Part shown: positions 25,098 through 36,834 of the stretch, one piece after another | Layout: each line of letters begins with the position of its first letter | Numbering within the stretch: the stretch's first letter is position 1 | Assembly (NCBI GenBank): GCA_052327205.1 | Contig: CM126216.1 | Coordinates: forward strand, 87,916,001 to 87,980,000 | Length of the DNA stretch: 64,000 nt | Source: Somniosus microcephalus | Lineage: Eukaryota | Reading direction: 5' to 3' | Program-made: the position numbers and the translations under genes | The notes under the pieces: generated by a model | What the model was told of the DNA's origin: nothing | Databases searched by the model: none | The model's input: only the letters and a program-made list of their open reading frames with translations

Positions 25098-25827
25098 TGT
25101 TTTATTCAATTATATGTATGTACATAGCATAAAACAGGGTGTGTTTTGTCTAAATGCTTCTTAATATTGATAATTAAGAAATATTGGATGATACACACAG
25201 TGAAAGAGAGGTCATGGTGGATCCTGATAAACCAAAAATGCAATTATAGTGAAAGATATTCCAAACATCTTAATTTATTAGATCTGAATAAAATGATATT
25301 GATGTTATACTGAAGTACTTATAGGGAAAATCTGAGCCACAGTTTTCCAGTGATTGGGCAGCAGAATGTGTCAATTGGATCAATAGAAACTAGTAATTAT
25401 ACACTTTATCATTGTTTGTGTATTTACCGAGTCAATTAATCACACTTTACAAGCATTAATTCCAGTTCACCTCCAGGAAACAGTCAATTTCAGGAGCACA
25501 AGCTATTCTGCAAAATATAGTCATTTCAGGTTAGCCTGACAATCTGAAGAAATAGTTGCAGCACCTCTCTGTCAATTCATCTTTGAATCAGGGTTAGAAA
25601 CAGTCCAGCTGTGTTAATGTGACTAAACCAAATGTTCGGCTTTCTCTGCTTTATCAAACTCAGTGTTTCAATTCAATGACCTCACTGACATCAAAATATT
25701 AATAACAAATATAATTTAGCTACAATGGGCATTTTATTTATTCCTGTGAAAGTAGGACGAAGGGCCAAAATCCACAATACCAGGGTTGAAAAGAGAAGTA
25801 AATTGAGAAGTTGTGATTAATTGACGC

Positions 25828-26278
25828 TAGCTGTGGCTCAGTGAGTAGCACACCTGCCCCTGTAGTCCAGTTAAGGATTGTGAGTTTAAGTCCCATGGGG
25901 TGCACCATAAATCTAGGCTGACACGCTAGTGCAGTGCTGCACTGTCAAAGGTGCAGCCTTTTGGATGAGACGTTAAACTGAGGCTCTGTCTGCTCTCGCA
26001 GGTGGATGTGAAAAGATCCCATGGCAGTATTTCGAAGAAGAGCAGGGGAGCTATCCCCGGTGTCCTGGCCAATATTTATCCCTCAATCAACATCACAAAA
26101 ACAGATTATCTGGTCATTATCACATTGCTGTTTGTGGGAGCTTGCTGTGTGCAAATTGACTGCGGCGTTTCCCACATTACAACAGTGACTACACTTCAAA
26201 AGTACTTCATTGGCTGTAAAGTGCTTTGAGATGTCCGGTGGTCGTGAAAGGTGCTATATAAATGCAAGTCTTTTTTCT
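25828..26278 (+). mobile_element. Deu-domain SINE, full length
   Basis: A-box tggctcagtgagtag; Deu core gatgagacgttaaac..aagatcccatggc..ggtgtcctggccaatatttatccc; tail gctatataaatgcaagtc. Confidence 0.9.
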
Positions 26279-26482
26279 AAACTTGGATTTTCTAAGCTTG
26301 TAAATTGTAGGAGAAAGGAAAGACTGACTTGAGGTCCTGAGAATGAGTTGAAGCAGGCGATTGTATGATGAGTTTTGATTTCAACACTGAAAATGCAGGG
26401 TGGAGGAAGAGAATCTCAAGTCTTATCAATTGCTACAAAGCCACTACATCTCCAATTGTTTCTTCTCGCGTACCTGTACAGT

Positions 26483-27331
26483 CACCTCAGATTAAATATT
26501 GGGAAGACCAAAGCCATTGTCTTCGGGCCCCGCCATAAACTCCGTTCCCTAGCTACCGACTCCATCCCTCTCCCGAGCATCTGTGTGAGGCTGAACCAGA
26601 CTGTTCGCAGCCTTGGTGTCATATTTGACCCTGAAATGAGCTTCTGACCACATATCCGTAGCATAACTAAGAATGCCTATTTCCACCTCCGTAACATTGC
26701 CCTTCTCCGCCCCTGCCTCAGTTCATCTGCTGCTGAAACCCTCATTCATGCCTTTGTTACCTCTAGACTTGACTATTCCAACACATCGTGGCTGGTCTCC
26801 CACATTCTACCCTACGTAACCTTGAGCTCATCCAAAACTTGGCTGCCCATGTCCTAACTCGCACCAAGTCCCATTCACCCACCACCCCTTTGCTCGCTGA
26901 CCTACATTGGCTCCCGGTTAAGCAATGCCTCGATTTCAAAATTCTCATCTTTGTCTTCAAATCCCTCCATGGCCTCGCCCCTCCCTATTTCTGTAATCTT
27001 CAGCCCCACAACCCCCCGCGATATCTGCGCTCCTCAAATTCTGCCCTCTTGAGCATCCCTGATTATAAACGGCCAACCATCGGTGGCCGTGCCTTCAGCT
27101 GCCTCGGCCCTAAGCTCTGGAACTCCTTTCCTAAACCTCTTTGCCTCGCTACCTCTCTTCCCTCCTTTAAGACGCTCCTTAAAACCTACCTCTTTGACCA
27201 AGCTTTTGGTCACCTGCCCTAATTTCTTATGTGGCTCGGTGTCAATTTTTTGTCTTATAACACTCCTGTGAAGCGCGTTGGGCATTTTACTACGTTAAAG
27301 GCGCTATATAAATACAAGTTGTTATTGTTGA
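26483..27331 (+). mobile_element. L2-clade LINE 3' fragment
   Basis: LNIGKTKAIVFG, LHWLPV..FKIL and GGRAFS..LWNS motifs; tail gcgctatataaatacaagttgttattgttg. Confidence 0.92.
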
Positions 27332-27334
27332 TTA

Positions 27335-27905
27335 CCCCAGTGTTCCATTCTTAGTCTACTGTTCTTCACCATATACATGCTGGCCCTTTGCAACGTCATC
27401 CAAACCCATGGAGCCAGCTTTTGACATGCATGTAGATGACAGGCAGCTTTGTCTTAAACGTTGATTCCATCCCTATTGTCATCCTCTCCAATGACTTAAC
27501 TGACTGACATTAAGCTCTGTATGATTTGTAATGTCCTCTAGCTCAGCAATGGTAACCTGCAGCTATCTTCTTTGGCTTCTGGAAGTACCCCCGAGCCACT
27601 GTGCTGGACCTTCCTCAACTTCCCTAGCTACCACCTCAAACTCATGCAACTGCACATTTGATGGCTGTTCTTTCAGCCACTGTGTACCTGTCCTCTGAAA
27701 TTCCTTCCCAAACTCTCTCCACTTTGCCTCCTCCCTCTTAGCTTTCAAAAGTGTCCTTAAAACCCTTCGCTTTGATTTAGTTTTCATTAACTTTCCTAAT
27801 CCCTATTTTACTCTCTCCCCTTTTTTTAGTGCTCCATCCACTTGAGTCTAAAGCTCTCTGAGATATTGTTCTCTGTGGGAGGAGCACTATATAAATGTAA
27901 GCTGT
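27335..27905 (+). mobile_element. Degraded L2 fragment
   Basis: Remnants of PQ.S.L..LLF.IYM (ccccagtgttccattcttagtctactgttcttcaccatatacatgc) and VDD.QL; tail gcactatataaatgtaag. Confidence 0.6.
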
Positions 27906-28734
27906 TATAATATATACTTCAGTAAAATAGGCTGTAGGATATATTTTCCTGCACTGTGCTAGAAAATCTGGTGTTATTATAGTATCAGTCACATGATACC
28001 ATGGCCTAGAAATTCAGTATAGCCACTTTTGGGGCGGTAAAGTCGGGCGGCCGCTAAAGTTTGCGCCCGCCGGCAAGTGGAGGCCACTTCGCCGATATTC
28101 AGTAGCTTTGGCCAAGGAGTTTGCTCGAGCGCTAAAACTGGCGATGCACGGCTATCTTTAGGCGCTAAGCCGGCGGTGCAGACTGATACCGCCGAGGCCG
28201 GGCGCAGCGCAGGTGCGGTCATGTTTTGATTGACAGCAGACACCCTGGCGCCGGCCAGCTCTTAAAGGGGGAAGGGTCAACTTGGTCTGCTGCCACGCCC
28301 TGGATACTGCAGCCCTCCAGCTAGGCCTAAACACTGCTGCTGGAGAGAAATAGTGCCAGGAAGGATGCAGAGGGCCCGTGAGCGAGCGCAGCGCTTCTCT
28401 GCCCATGATTTAAAGGTGCTGGTTAGGGCTTTGGAGAGGAGGTGCCATACCTTGTTCCCGGACAGTGGCAAGAAGCCTGCCACCAGGGTGTACAGGAGAG
28501 CCTGGAGGGATATCGCCCAGAGGGTCACAGCCACCTGCGATGTCCCCAGGACTGGTGTCCAATGCCGGAAAAAGTTTAACGACCTCACTCGGATTGTCAG
28601 GGTGAGTACCCTTTCCAGTGTCCTCCTCATCCTTGCATGTGCACCTCACATTATGGGCAAAGGGACCTCAAAGCCCTAATGGCCAGCCCTCATCCAGCAG
28701 CTATGGCACTGGCATGAACATCAATTGCACTTTA

Positions 28735-28849
28735 CACACTGGCCAAGCTATTCGACCATGGGAGGCAGTGCACACAACAACAGGGCACCACACTGGCCAA
28801 GCTATTCGACCATGGGAGGCAGTGCACACAACAACAGGGCACCACACTG
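28735..28849. repeat. 54-bp tandem duplication in Myb-gene intron 1
   Basis: cacactggccaagctattcgaccatgggaggcagtgcacacaacaacagggcac x2; single unit in copy 2. Confidence 0.92.
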
Positions 28850-29349
28850 TACTTAGAAGCCGTCCTTTCTCTTGCAGGCCAAGCTGGCCCAGAATCTGAA
28901 GAGCCGGACTGTCACCGGGGGAGGCCGTCCCCAGTTCCAGCAGCTCAGTGACCTGGAGGAGCGCGTGGGTCGACTCATGGGTGGCCGCCTGATTGGCCCC
29001 GTTGCATGTGGAGATGCCGACCCTGTGCTGGGCCTCAATGGTAAGGACATGACCTTTTGGACCTCTCTCGTTCCCCTTGCGCTTCAGATCTACATCCTTT
29101 GCCACTGTCCGACCAATGCGCAGAATGCCACCACTCATGCCTCCCTCGCTGACGCCCTGTCCTCACGCTAAAGCTACTCTTGTGCCTTCCTGCTTTCAGC
29201 TGGTGAGGAGGAGGTCCCTGAGGCTGCGACTGACAGTCCCTCGGAAGAGGAGGACGAGGAGGAGCAAGAGGAAGGCGGTCCATCGGGGGAACCCTCATCC
29301 ACGCCAGGGGATGGCAATGGAGGGGACACGTCTTCCCTGGAGGAGAGCC

Positions 29350-29620
29350 AGGGGGAAGTGTTGCAGGGGGGTGTAGCTCCTGTGCCCAGTGGCGTCCAGC
29401 CACATGGGAAGGGTCGGGCAGCTCGGCTGCCTTCTCCCCAGAGGGGGGAAGTGTTGCAGGGGAGTGTAGCTCCTGTGCCCAGTGGCGTCCAGCCACGCGG
29501 GAAGGGCCGGGCAGCTCGGCTGCCTTCTCCCCAGAGGGGGGAAGTGTTGCAGGGGAGTGTAGTTGCTGGGCCCAGTGGCGTCCAGCCACACGGGAAGGGT
29601 CGGGCAGCTCGGCGGCCTTA
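29350..29620. repeat. 93-bp (31-aa) coding tandem repeat x3
   Basis: GEVLQG(G/S)VAPVPSGVQPHGKGRAARLPSPQR units; single unit in copy 2. Confidence 0.92.
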
Positions 29621-30794
29621 GAGGGAGAGTCCGGCCTCCAGTCCGGAGACGGTCCTCGCCCAGGAGGTGCGCCTCCTTGATCAAATGTCCGCGGACTCGG
29701 ATCGTCGGCACACTGAGTTCATGGGGGTTGTGGCATGGTTGCCTGAGGCCATCGAGTCCCTGGCTCATAGTGTGTCCGATTTCGGGGCCTCACAGGCCAG
29801 GGGTTTCGAACAACTAGCGGCAGCACAGGCCAGGGGTCTCGAACAATTCGGGGCAGCACAGGACGCGAGTCGGGCCGAATTGAGGGCAGCACAGAACGCG
29901 AGTCGGGCCGAATTCAGGGCAGCACAGGACGCGAGTCGGGACGACTTCAGGGCAGCACAGGCAGCGAGTGGACAGTTGATCAGTGGTGCCGTGCAGTCAC
30001 TGGCTGGTCTGATGCGGGCACAGACCAGGGCAGTACGGGCATTCACTGCTGCCACACTCGCTGTGTCAGGCAGGCATCGCCAGGGCACCCGCCGCGCTGC
30101 AGCAGCACAGCGGTCTGGCCTTCAGCAGATTGCTGCGCTTGCTGCAGTGCCAGCCCGGCCGAGTGCCAGTGTCTCAGGCGAGCAGCGAGCACCTGGCATC
30201 AGCCAGCTTGCCCCCATTGCTGCAGCCGCCACTGCCACTCCCCCAGCGAAGCTGCCACGAGCTGCTGGAGAGACTGATGCTGGCCAGCCACAGCTGCAGC
30301 AGTCAGCAGCCGGCCCCTCGAGGGCCAGAGCTCGTCTAGGCCGACACCCAAGGGCATCTGCCGTCACGCAATGTGCCCCTCAGGAGCCTTCCCCCAGCCT
30401 TGCAGCACCCACAGGGCCCAGGTTGAGGCGGAGCAGCAGGTCGGCCAGGGGCCGGAAAAGGCTGGACAAGGACTCGCCCTCTCGGCACACAAAGTAGAGT
30501 GTGTTGCCAAATGTTTTTTTATATGGGGGTGGTTGTGTTGTCTATGGGGGGGGTTGTTTTGGTAAGGCCGAGGATGAAGGCCATTTGGATGCAAAACTTT
30601 TGTTATTCCTCCCCAGGTTGTGGGAGTGAGTCATGTGTTTGACTGTTTTTTGGGGGTGTTGTCTGTTTTTGGGTTTCATGTGAGTTTGTTCATGTGTGAT
30701 GTTTGAAGTGGTTGTTGCGTTAACCGGCTGAGGGCTTGCGGAGCGGCTGCATTCATGTCCCTTCATTGCCACAAGCCATTCCCTGACAGGGGGC

Positions 30795-31943
30795 CTAGAA
30801 GTGTCGTTCAATAAGCCGGCGACGGACGGCCCTTGGACCTTGTGGCTCCCTCCTGGGCTGGTACTCCTCCTCCTCCTCCTCCTCCTCATGGTCCTCCTGC
30901 TCCTCCTCCTGAGGTGGTGGTCCAACGTGAGGTGGCAGTGCCTGAGTCCTGCGGATAGCCAGGTTGTGCAGCATGCAGCAAACGACGACGAACTGGGAGA
31001 CTCTATCCGGCGAATACTGCAGAGATCCGCCGAAGCGATCCAGGCAGCGGAACCGTTGCTTGAGGACGCCAATCGTTTGCTCTATGATGTTCCTTGTGGC
31101 TTGATGGCTTTCGTTGTATGCCTCCTCAGCAGGGGTCCTGGGCGCGCGGAGCGGGGTCATGAGCCATGTACACAAAGGATAGCCTTTGTCCCCGATAAGC
31201 CATCCTCTTGGGGGAGGCTGTGCCTGGAACATGTCAGCCACAGTAGTCTGGCGCAGGATAAATGCATCGTGGCTGCTGCCTGGAAAGCGGGCATTGACAG
31301 CTAGGATGCGCTGCCTGTGGTCACACACCAGCTGTACATTGAGGGAATGGTAGCCCTTCCGGTTGCGGTAATCCTCGGCATTGTCGATAGGTGCCCGCAA
31401 AGCCACATGCGTGCAGTCAATGGCGCCCTGCACCATGGGGAAGTCGGCGATCCTCGCAAATCCGACTGCACGCTGCTCCTGCCTCTCTAGGGTCATGGGG
31501 AAGGAGGTGAATTGGTGTCTCCTTGTGAAAAGGGCATCGGTGACCTGCCGGATGCAGCGATGCACGGCGAACTGGGATATGTTAGCTATGTCCCCAGCAG
31601 CGGCTTGGAAGGAGCCGCTTGCATAAAAGTTCAGAGCCACCGTGACCTTCACTTCCACCGACAGAGACGTCCTGCACATCAGCTGTGGACGCAGATCTCT
31701 GTGAAGCAGCTGGCAGATCTCTGCAACCACCTCCCTTCTGAAGCGCAGCCTCTTAACACACTGCGCGGCAGTCATGGTGAGATAGGACACCTGCTGGCGG
31801 TATTCCCTGAGTGGGTAAGGCCTACGTTGCCGACGCCTGATGCCCCCTCTGCGTCTCGGCATGGCTGCCCCTCTCACACAGCGTCTGCGAGCCCTTCGCA
31901 CATAATGCTGGAACTGAGGGTTGGAACCCCATGCAGCCCCCAT
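30795..31943 (-). CDS. Harbinger DDE transposase (HARBI1-like nuclease family), ~382 aa from MGAAWG
   Basis: GAIDCTHV, NRKGYHSLNVQ, PGSSHD, GDKGY, IEQTIGVLKQRFRCL, CCMLHN; uninterrupted ORF. Confidence 0.95.
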   Translation of the reverse strand: MGAAWGSNPQFQHYVRRARRRCVRGAAMPRRRGGIRRRQRRPYPLREYRQQVSYLTMTAAQCVKRLRFRREVVAEICQLLHRDLRPQLMCRTSLSVEVKVTVALNFYASGSFQAAAGDIANISQFAVHRCIRQVTDALFTRRHQFTSFPMTLERQEQRAVGFARIADFPMVQGAIDCTHVALRAPIDNAEDYRNRKGYHSLNVQLVCDHRQRILAVNARFPGSSHDAFILRQTTVADMFQAQPPPRGWLIGDKGYPLCTWLMTPLRAPRTPAEEAYNESHQATRNIIEQTIGVLKQRFRCLDRFGGSLQYSPDRVSQFVVVCCMLHNLAIRRTQALPPHVGPPPQEEEQEDHEEEEEEEEYQPRREPQGPRAVRRRLIERHF

Positions 31944-34774
31944 AATATACTTGCAAACAATGAAATCACAATGAGGCCAATTTCCAAGCTCTGGCCAGAA
32001 GCCAAAAATACCTCTCCTATGTTGGGCCAAATCAGTAAGGTCTCTTCCTTGGTCTCTGTCCAGAAATCCGTTGCAGAAAGGTCATTGCAGCAAAATGGCT
32101 GGCCTTTATAGTTCAGTGTAAGTGCCCTTTAATTAGCGCTCCCCGAGGCCCGCGGGGCCTCTGCTGCGTTCCACTTCACAGTTCTTTACACCGCCACGCC
32201 CACATTGGGCGGGCGCGACTGAAGTTCCGGTTTGGGGCGCACAAAGGGCGTTGCACGACGAAATGACGTCATAAGTTGCGCGCGCAGCTGAGCGCGCGCA
32301 AACACTTTGCGCCGGCGCTAAATGTCTACTGAAGTTGGGCGTAGGCGCAGATCGTCCTGCGCCCGGCCGCTAAGTGCCTAGCGCTCGAGATCTACTCCTC
32401 CTAAGGCGCTAACGGCTGGCGAACGCAACTGAATTTCTAGGCCCATGTGCCTTCAGATTCTGTAACAGTATCTTTATGAGCCTTTGCCCACCACACACCA
32501 CCACTACCAGGCTCAGTTTGATTGATAAAGGTAAAAAGTGAAAACTAAGATAATTGAAAAACTTTACAGATCAAATATCAGAACAAATAATAAAGGCTTA
32601 TGATTTGTGACATCATCTGAATAACTTGACAGAATTCCAATCTTATAACTTCACTGTTCTGAAGAGGAGGCATTAGGGGATCAAAAGCACAGGCCCACCA
32701 ACACTCCCAACATGTGCTGTGAGCTACCCAGTGTGAAACTGTGATCTTTTGCACGCAAGAATCAATAATTTCCCGGTGAAAAGAGAAACAAAAAAGAGAG
32801 ACGGAAAGAAAAATATGATAGAGACAGGGATAATGGAGAATACATTACTGTCACTTGGTCAGCTTCTGTGGGCATGTGACTGATGCATTGCTCTTATCCA
32901 CGTTTCTATTTGTGGCATAAGGTGACATCTCGGGTAGATGGCCTGTCACTGAGGACCTCATACCTAGGATTTGTATGACATTGACAGCTCAAATTTCAGC
33001 AAAGGGAATGCAGCACATGAACAGTTAAACCAAATTGCACCTTGCCCTTGCCACGGAGGGGAAAAAATATTTATTTCATTTTATTTATAAGCAGCTTTGT
33101 AGCATCTTAAAAACCTCATACTTCAAAGTAAAGTGGATTTTATCCCTGAATTTGTGTCTTTGTTCAGTCTTCTCCCCTGCAGGGCATTGTGGGAGAATCT
33201 TCCCTCTGCAGGGATTGTGGGAACTTATAGTGAACACTCATCAGTGGTGACAAATTAATGGAGTCTTCAGAAACAGAAACCCCAGGCTTCCATCTAGTAG
33301 AGCAGCAAGTCAGTGGGAATATGTTGAAACAGATAATGAATGGTGCAGGGATGTGACTTGCTGAGTGGTTGTTGGGAGTGAGAAGCTGAGAGGAGCTATT
33401 ATTCCTCTTACCCTGTAGTTTGTTTTCAGGCAGGAAAGCTCCAGTTATTTTTGATTTACTTTCAGCAGATGGAAATTAAGTTGACTGCTGTGTTTGGCTA
33501 ACAAAGCAAGGCTAAAGCAGCACTTTTTATGAAACTGCTCCCTGGGGCTAGTAAATGGTTATTTGTGTTCTTGAGGCATATAAGGGAAAGAAGTGTACAA
33601 GCAACTTTTGCTTAGAAATAGCGTTCAAAGACTGAGTATTTAAAGCTGAGAATTGCACAGTGTCACCACTAAAGAACTACTTGGGTTTCTTTTTACTGGT
33701 CTTCTATTCAAGGAGAACTACTGTTCTCCTCTGCTGTTTCGCCTAATTCTTGTATAGTCTCCTGGGGTTATGATGAGGCTGTTTAGGTATCAGGAGTTAC
33801 CCCACGTACTGATGCAAAGTGGGTCTGTCCAGCATTCTTAGAATTAGGTTCAGCCCTGCTCAAGTGCCGCTTTCAGTTCTTTAAAATGACATTATCATTT
33901 AGCAATGCAATTTACCAGCTTACAGAAGAATGTAATGATCCAATCAGCAACACCAACATGATTTGTGATATTGCATTGTTAATCCTATGCCGGTTTATTA
34001 TTTAGTTATACAAAGCTTAAGGGACGCATTGGAAAATTGCATTGTTAAAATTTCTATTCCGCTTGATGTGACACCACACTGGATAGCAGGGTTTTTGGAG
34101 TGAGCCGTTCAGAACTGTTCCAGAGGGTGAACCTGATTGAACGCGCCCCACTGAGATGGTAACAATACTTTATGGTTAAAAAAAAAATGAAGAATTAGGA
34201 CATTTTGGTGACTAATACGCTGCTGTCATGGGAATCCATTGCTTTTGTACAAAGCTGTCAGTTAACCCTGTAAGTGCTAAAGCCACAAATAATTGAGTCT
34301 ATCCAGGTAAGAGGATGTTAATATTTTAAAAAACAAACGCAAGGCGGGGCTGATATTAGAAAGCTAATGCCGAGCCACAGAATGAGGGATGGATGGTGGA
34401 TCAATTTCTGCTCCACCCAGTTTCTCATTCTAGCCGGTGCCGAGTGGCTAGGCACTGCAAATAGTGTGCAGTGTTATGCTGCAAAAATTAGGGAAATTTG
34501 GAGGGGGAGGTTATGCTTTAATGGACCCTAGTTCCTCCTAGAAGGTGGCCACAGGGCACACTGGCAGTGATTTGGGAGCAGTCCATCCACTCATCCTTAT
34601 GAGAGCAGATTAAAAATAGATGTCATTTAGCAGAAGAAAAATTACACAAAAGGAAAGGCAATTAGAAGTTATGTTTTCTTGTCAGAGGAAGTTATTTCTG
34701 TTTAATTTTGTTCCTTTACTTTTTTTTAAATTGAGAGTTAATTCCATCTGTTTTCTTCTTTAATTGTTAGCTTT

Positions 34775-35710
34775 ACTTAGTTGGTAGCACTCTCGCCTCT
34801 GAGCCAGAATGTTCTGGGTTCAAGCTTCACTCGCACTAGACTGAAACTTCAGTGCAGTATAGATGAAGTGCTATTTACAATCTATATTAATGACTTGAAT
34901 GAAGAGACCGTGTGTACTGTAGCCAAATTTGCTGATGATACAAAGATAGGTGGGAAAGCAAATTGTGAGGAGGACACAGAGTCTGCAAAGGGATATAGAT
35001 AGGTTCAGTGAGTGGGCAAAAATTTGGCAGATGGAGTATAATGTGGGAAAATGTGAGATTATCCACTTTGGTAGGAAAAATAAAAAAGGAAATTATTATT
35101 TAAATGGAGAGAGACTACAAAATGCTGCGGTACAGAGGGATCTGGGGTCCTCGTACATGAAACACAAAAAGTTAACATGCAGGTACAGCAAGTAATTAGG
35201 AAGGCAAATGGAATGTTGACCTTTATTGCAAGGGGGATGGAGTATAAAAGTAGGGAAGTCTTGCTACAACTGTACAGGGCACTGGTGAGACCAGGAGTAC
35301 TGTGCAGTTCTTGACTCCTTATTTAAGGAGGGACATACTAGAATTGGAGGCAGTTCAGAGAAGGTTCACTAGGTTAATTCCTGAGATGAAGGGGTTGTCT
35401 TATGAAGAAAGTTTGAGCAGGTTGGGCCTATACTCATTGGAGTTTAGAAGAATGAGAGGGGATCTTATTGAATGGCGGGGCAGGCTCGAGGGGCCGAATG
35501 GCCTATTCCTGCTCCTATTTCTTATGTTCTTATGCTGCATTGTTGGAGGTGCAGTCCTTAAGGCGTGATGTTAAATCAAGGCTCTGTCTGCTTGTCCTGA
35601 TGATTTAGGTAGATGATAAAAATCCCATGGCAGTATTTGAAGAAGAGCAATGATTTTTCTCCTCGTCCTGGCCAAAATTCTTGCCCAGCCCCCCCAGCTT
35701 CACCAAAAAA
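34775..35710 (+). mobile_element. DeuSINE (head 34775-34868, body 35533-35710) split by a CR1 3' fragment (34869-35532)
   Basis: The SINE head ttggtagcactctcgcctctgag..cagtgcagta resumes at gctgcattgttggaggtgcag; between them are CR1 FADDTK..WQMEYN..RRMRGDLIE. Confidence 0.85.
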
Positions 35711-36060
35711 ATGTTGCTGTATCAGCTGTGAAGAGCAGCACAAAAGCAGCCTGCGAATGACTTTCCATCCAATTTTCTCTCCATCGCTTTGGCGAAACAC
35801 ATGGTTTCTCCCCTGAGCAAGGCATTTAAGATGGGAAACTTGGTTTCCGAAGGGAATTTGTAGCTGTATAATTGTAATAAATACAACATTTTGCTGCAGC
35901 AAGTTGGAACATCAAATACACTGCATCACTCCATGGTGCCATGTATCAGTGTAAAATGCACTGTGGGTGCGAGTTTGCTCCACCTCTCCCCCCCCCCCCC
36001 GCCCCCCCCACCCCCCCGCCACCACTCCGGGTTTCCACACAAAATCAAACATTAGACACT

Positions 36061-36290
36061 GGCCCAGAAATTCGATCGCTCTGCGTCCATTTTTCAGACA
36101 CTCGGGCTATAATTTGGTGGGCAGGAAGTGCGCGCTCATTATGAGCCCGCCATGTTAGTACCTGTATGGGAAAAATAATACGCGTCCAGGGCCTGAAACA
36201 GGCATTAGGCCCTTAACATCTGAAAATAGGGGGCCTGACGCTGGTTTAAAGTTCCCTGTACAAAATTGGGTTGCCCTGAACACCAGCCTC
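36061..36290. mobile_element. Truncated Harbinger-type end
   Basis: GGCCCAGAAATTCG resembles the GGCCTAGAAATTCAG TIR; no partner TIR found. Confidence 0.45.
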
Positions 36291-36616
36291 CTTTTTTGTG
36301 TCATAGATGGGGATCATTTAGTTTCAGTTTTCACAGAAAAATTAAACCGAATTGCAGAATGTGAACCAAAACACTACTAAAAATCCTGAAATCCAAAGTA
36401 ATAAAGAGGAATTTCACTTACTCAGTTGCCCTGAAGCAGTGGCCTTGCTCACAGACCTTTATTCCAGACTGTTATACACTGCTTTTTGTGTTGCCAACCT
36501 TTTTTGGGGCTGTTCATCAACTCTTCCATGTTTTGTAGCTTGGCATATATGTCATTTACAAAAGGTACAGCATTTATGATGCCCAGTTTAATAAATACAA
36601 ATGCAGGAAACCTTCA

Positions 36617-36654
36617 TCTATCTATCTATCTATCTATCTATCTATATATATATA
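36617..36654. repeat. (TCTA)n(TA)n microsatellite
   Basis: Directly visible. Confidence 0.95.
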
Positions 36655-36834
36655 AACCGGTACATCTCTCTGTCTGTCCGGCTATACAATCAAAAGTTTT
36701 AGAGCGTACCTACACGTATGTTATATCGAAAGAAACCTTATCGTTAGGGGACTCTCGTAGGTGTATTTACTTTTTTGTCAGACAAAAATTGTTTGGACAG
36801 TATACAAAAACCGTTCAAAAATCCACTCATTAGC

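Larger units (their letters stand above)
28365..30497 (+). pseudogene. Harbinger Myb/SANT-like (trihelix) DNA-binding protein, 3 exons (28365-28601, 28878-29040, 29200-30497), premature TAG at 29619
   Basis: RAQRFS..W..IA..V...RTGVQCRKKFNDL; GT-AG sites conserved with copy 2; frames join cleanly; in-frame stop in exon 3. Confidence 0.85.
28003..32443 (-). mobile_element. Autonomous-type PIF/Harbinger transposon, copy 1
   Basis: TIR GGCCTAGAAATTCAG / CTGAATTTCTAGGCC; 3-bp TSD CAT; transposase plus convergent Myb-like gene. Confidence 0.96.

Noticed and set aside
28735-29620. CRISPR-like array from the 54-bp and 93-bp repeats
   Set aside because: Head-to-tail repeats without unique spacers, in a eukaryotic transposon, with no cas genes.
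30795-31943. Domesticated host HARBI1 gene (also 60202-61353) and NAIF1/MSANTD calls for the Myb genes
   Set aside because: Both are enclosed by TIRs and TSDs and present as two related copies, so they are transposon genes; no gene symbol assigned.
35987-36018. Poly-C tract giving a proline-rich ORF
   Set aside because: Low-complexity run; the ORF is not credible.
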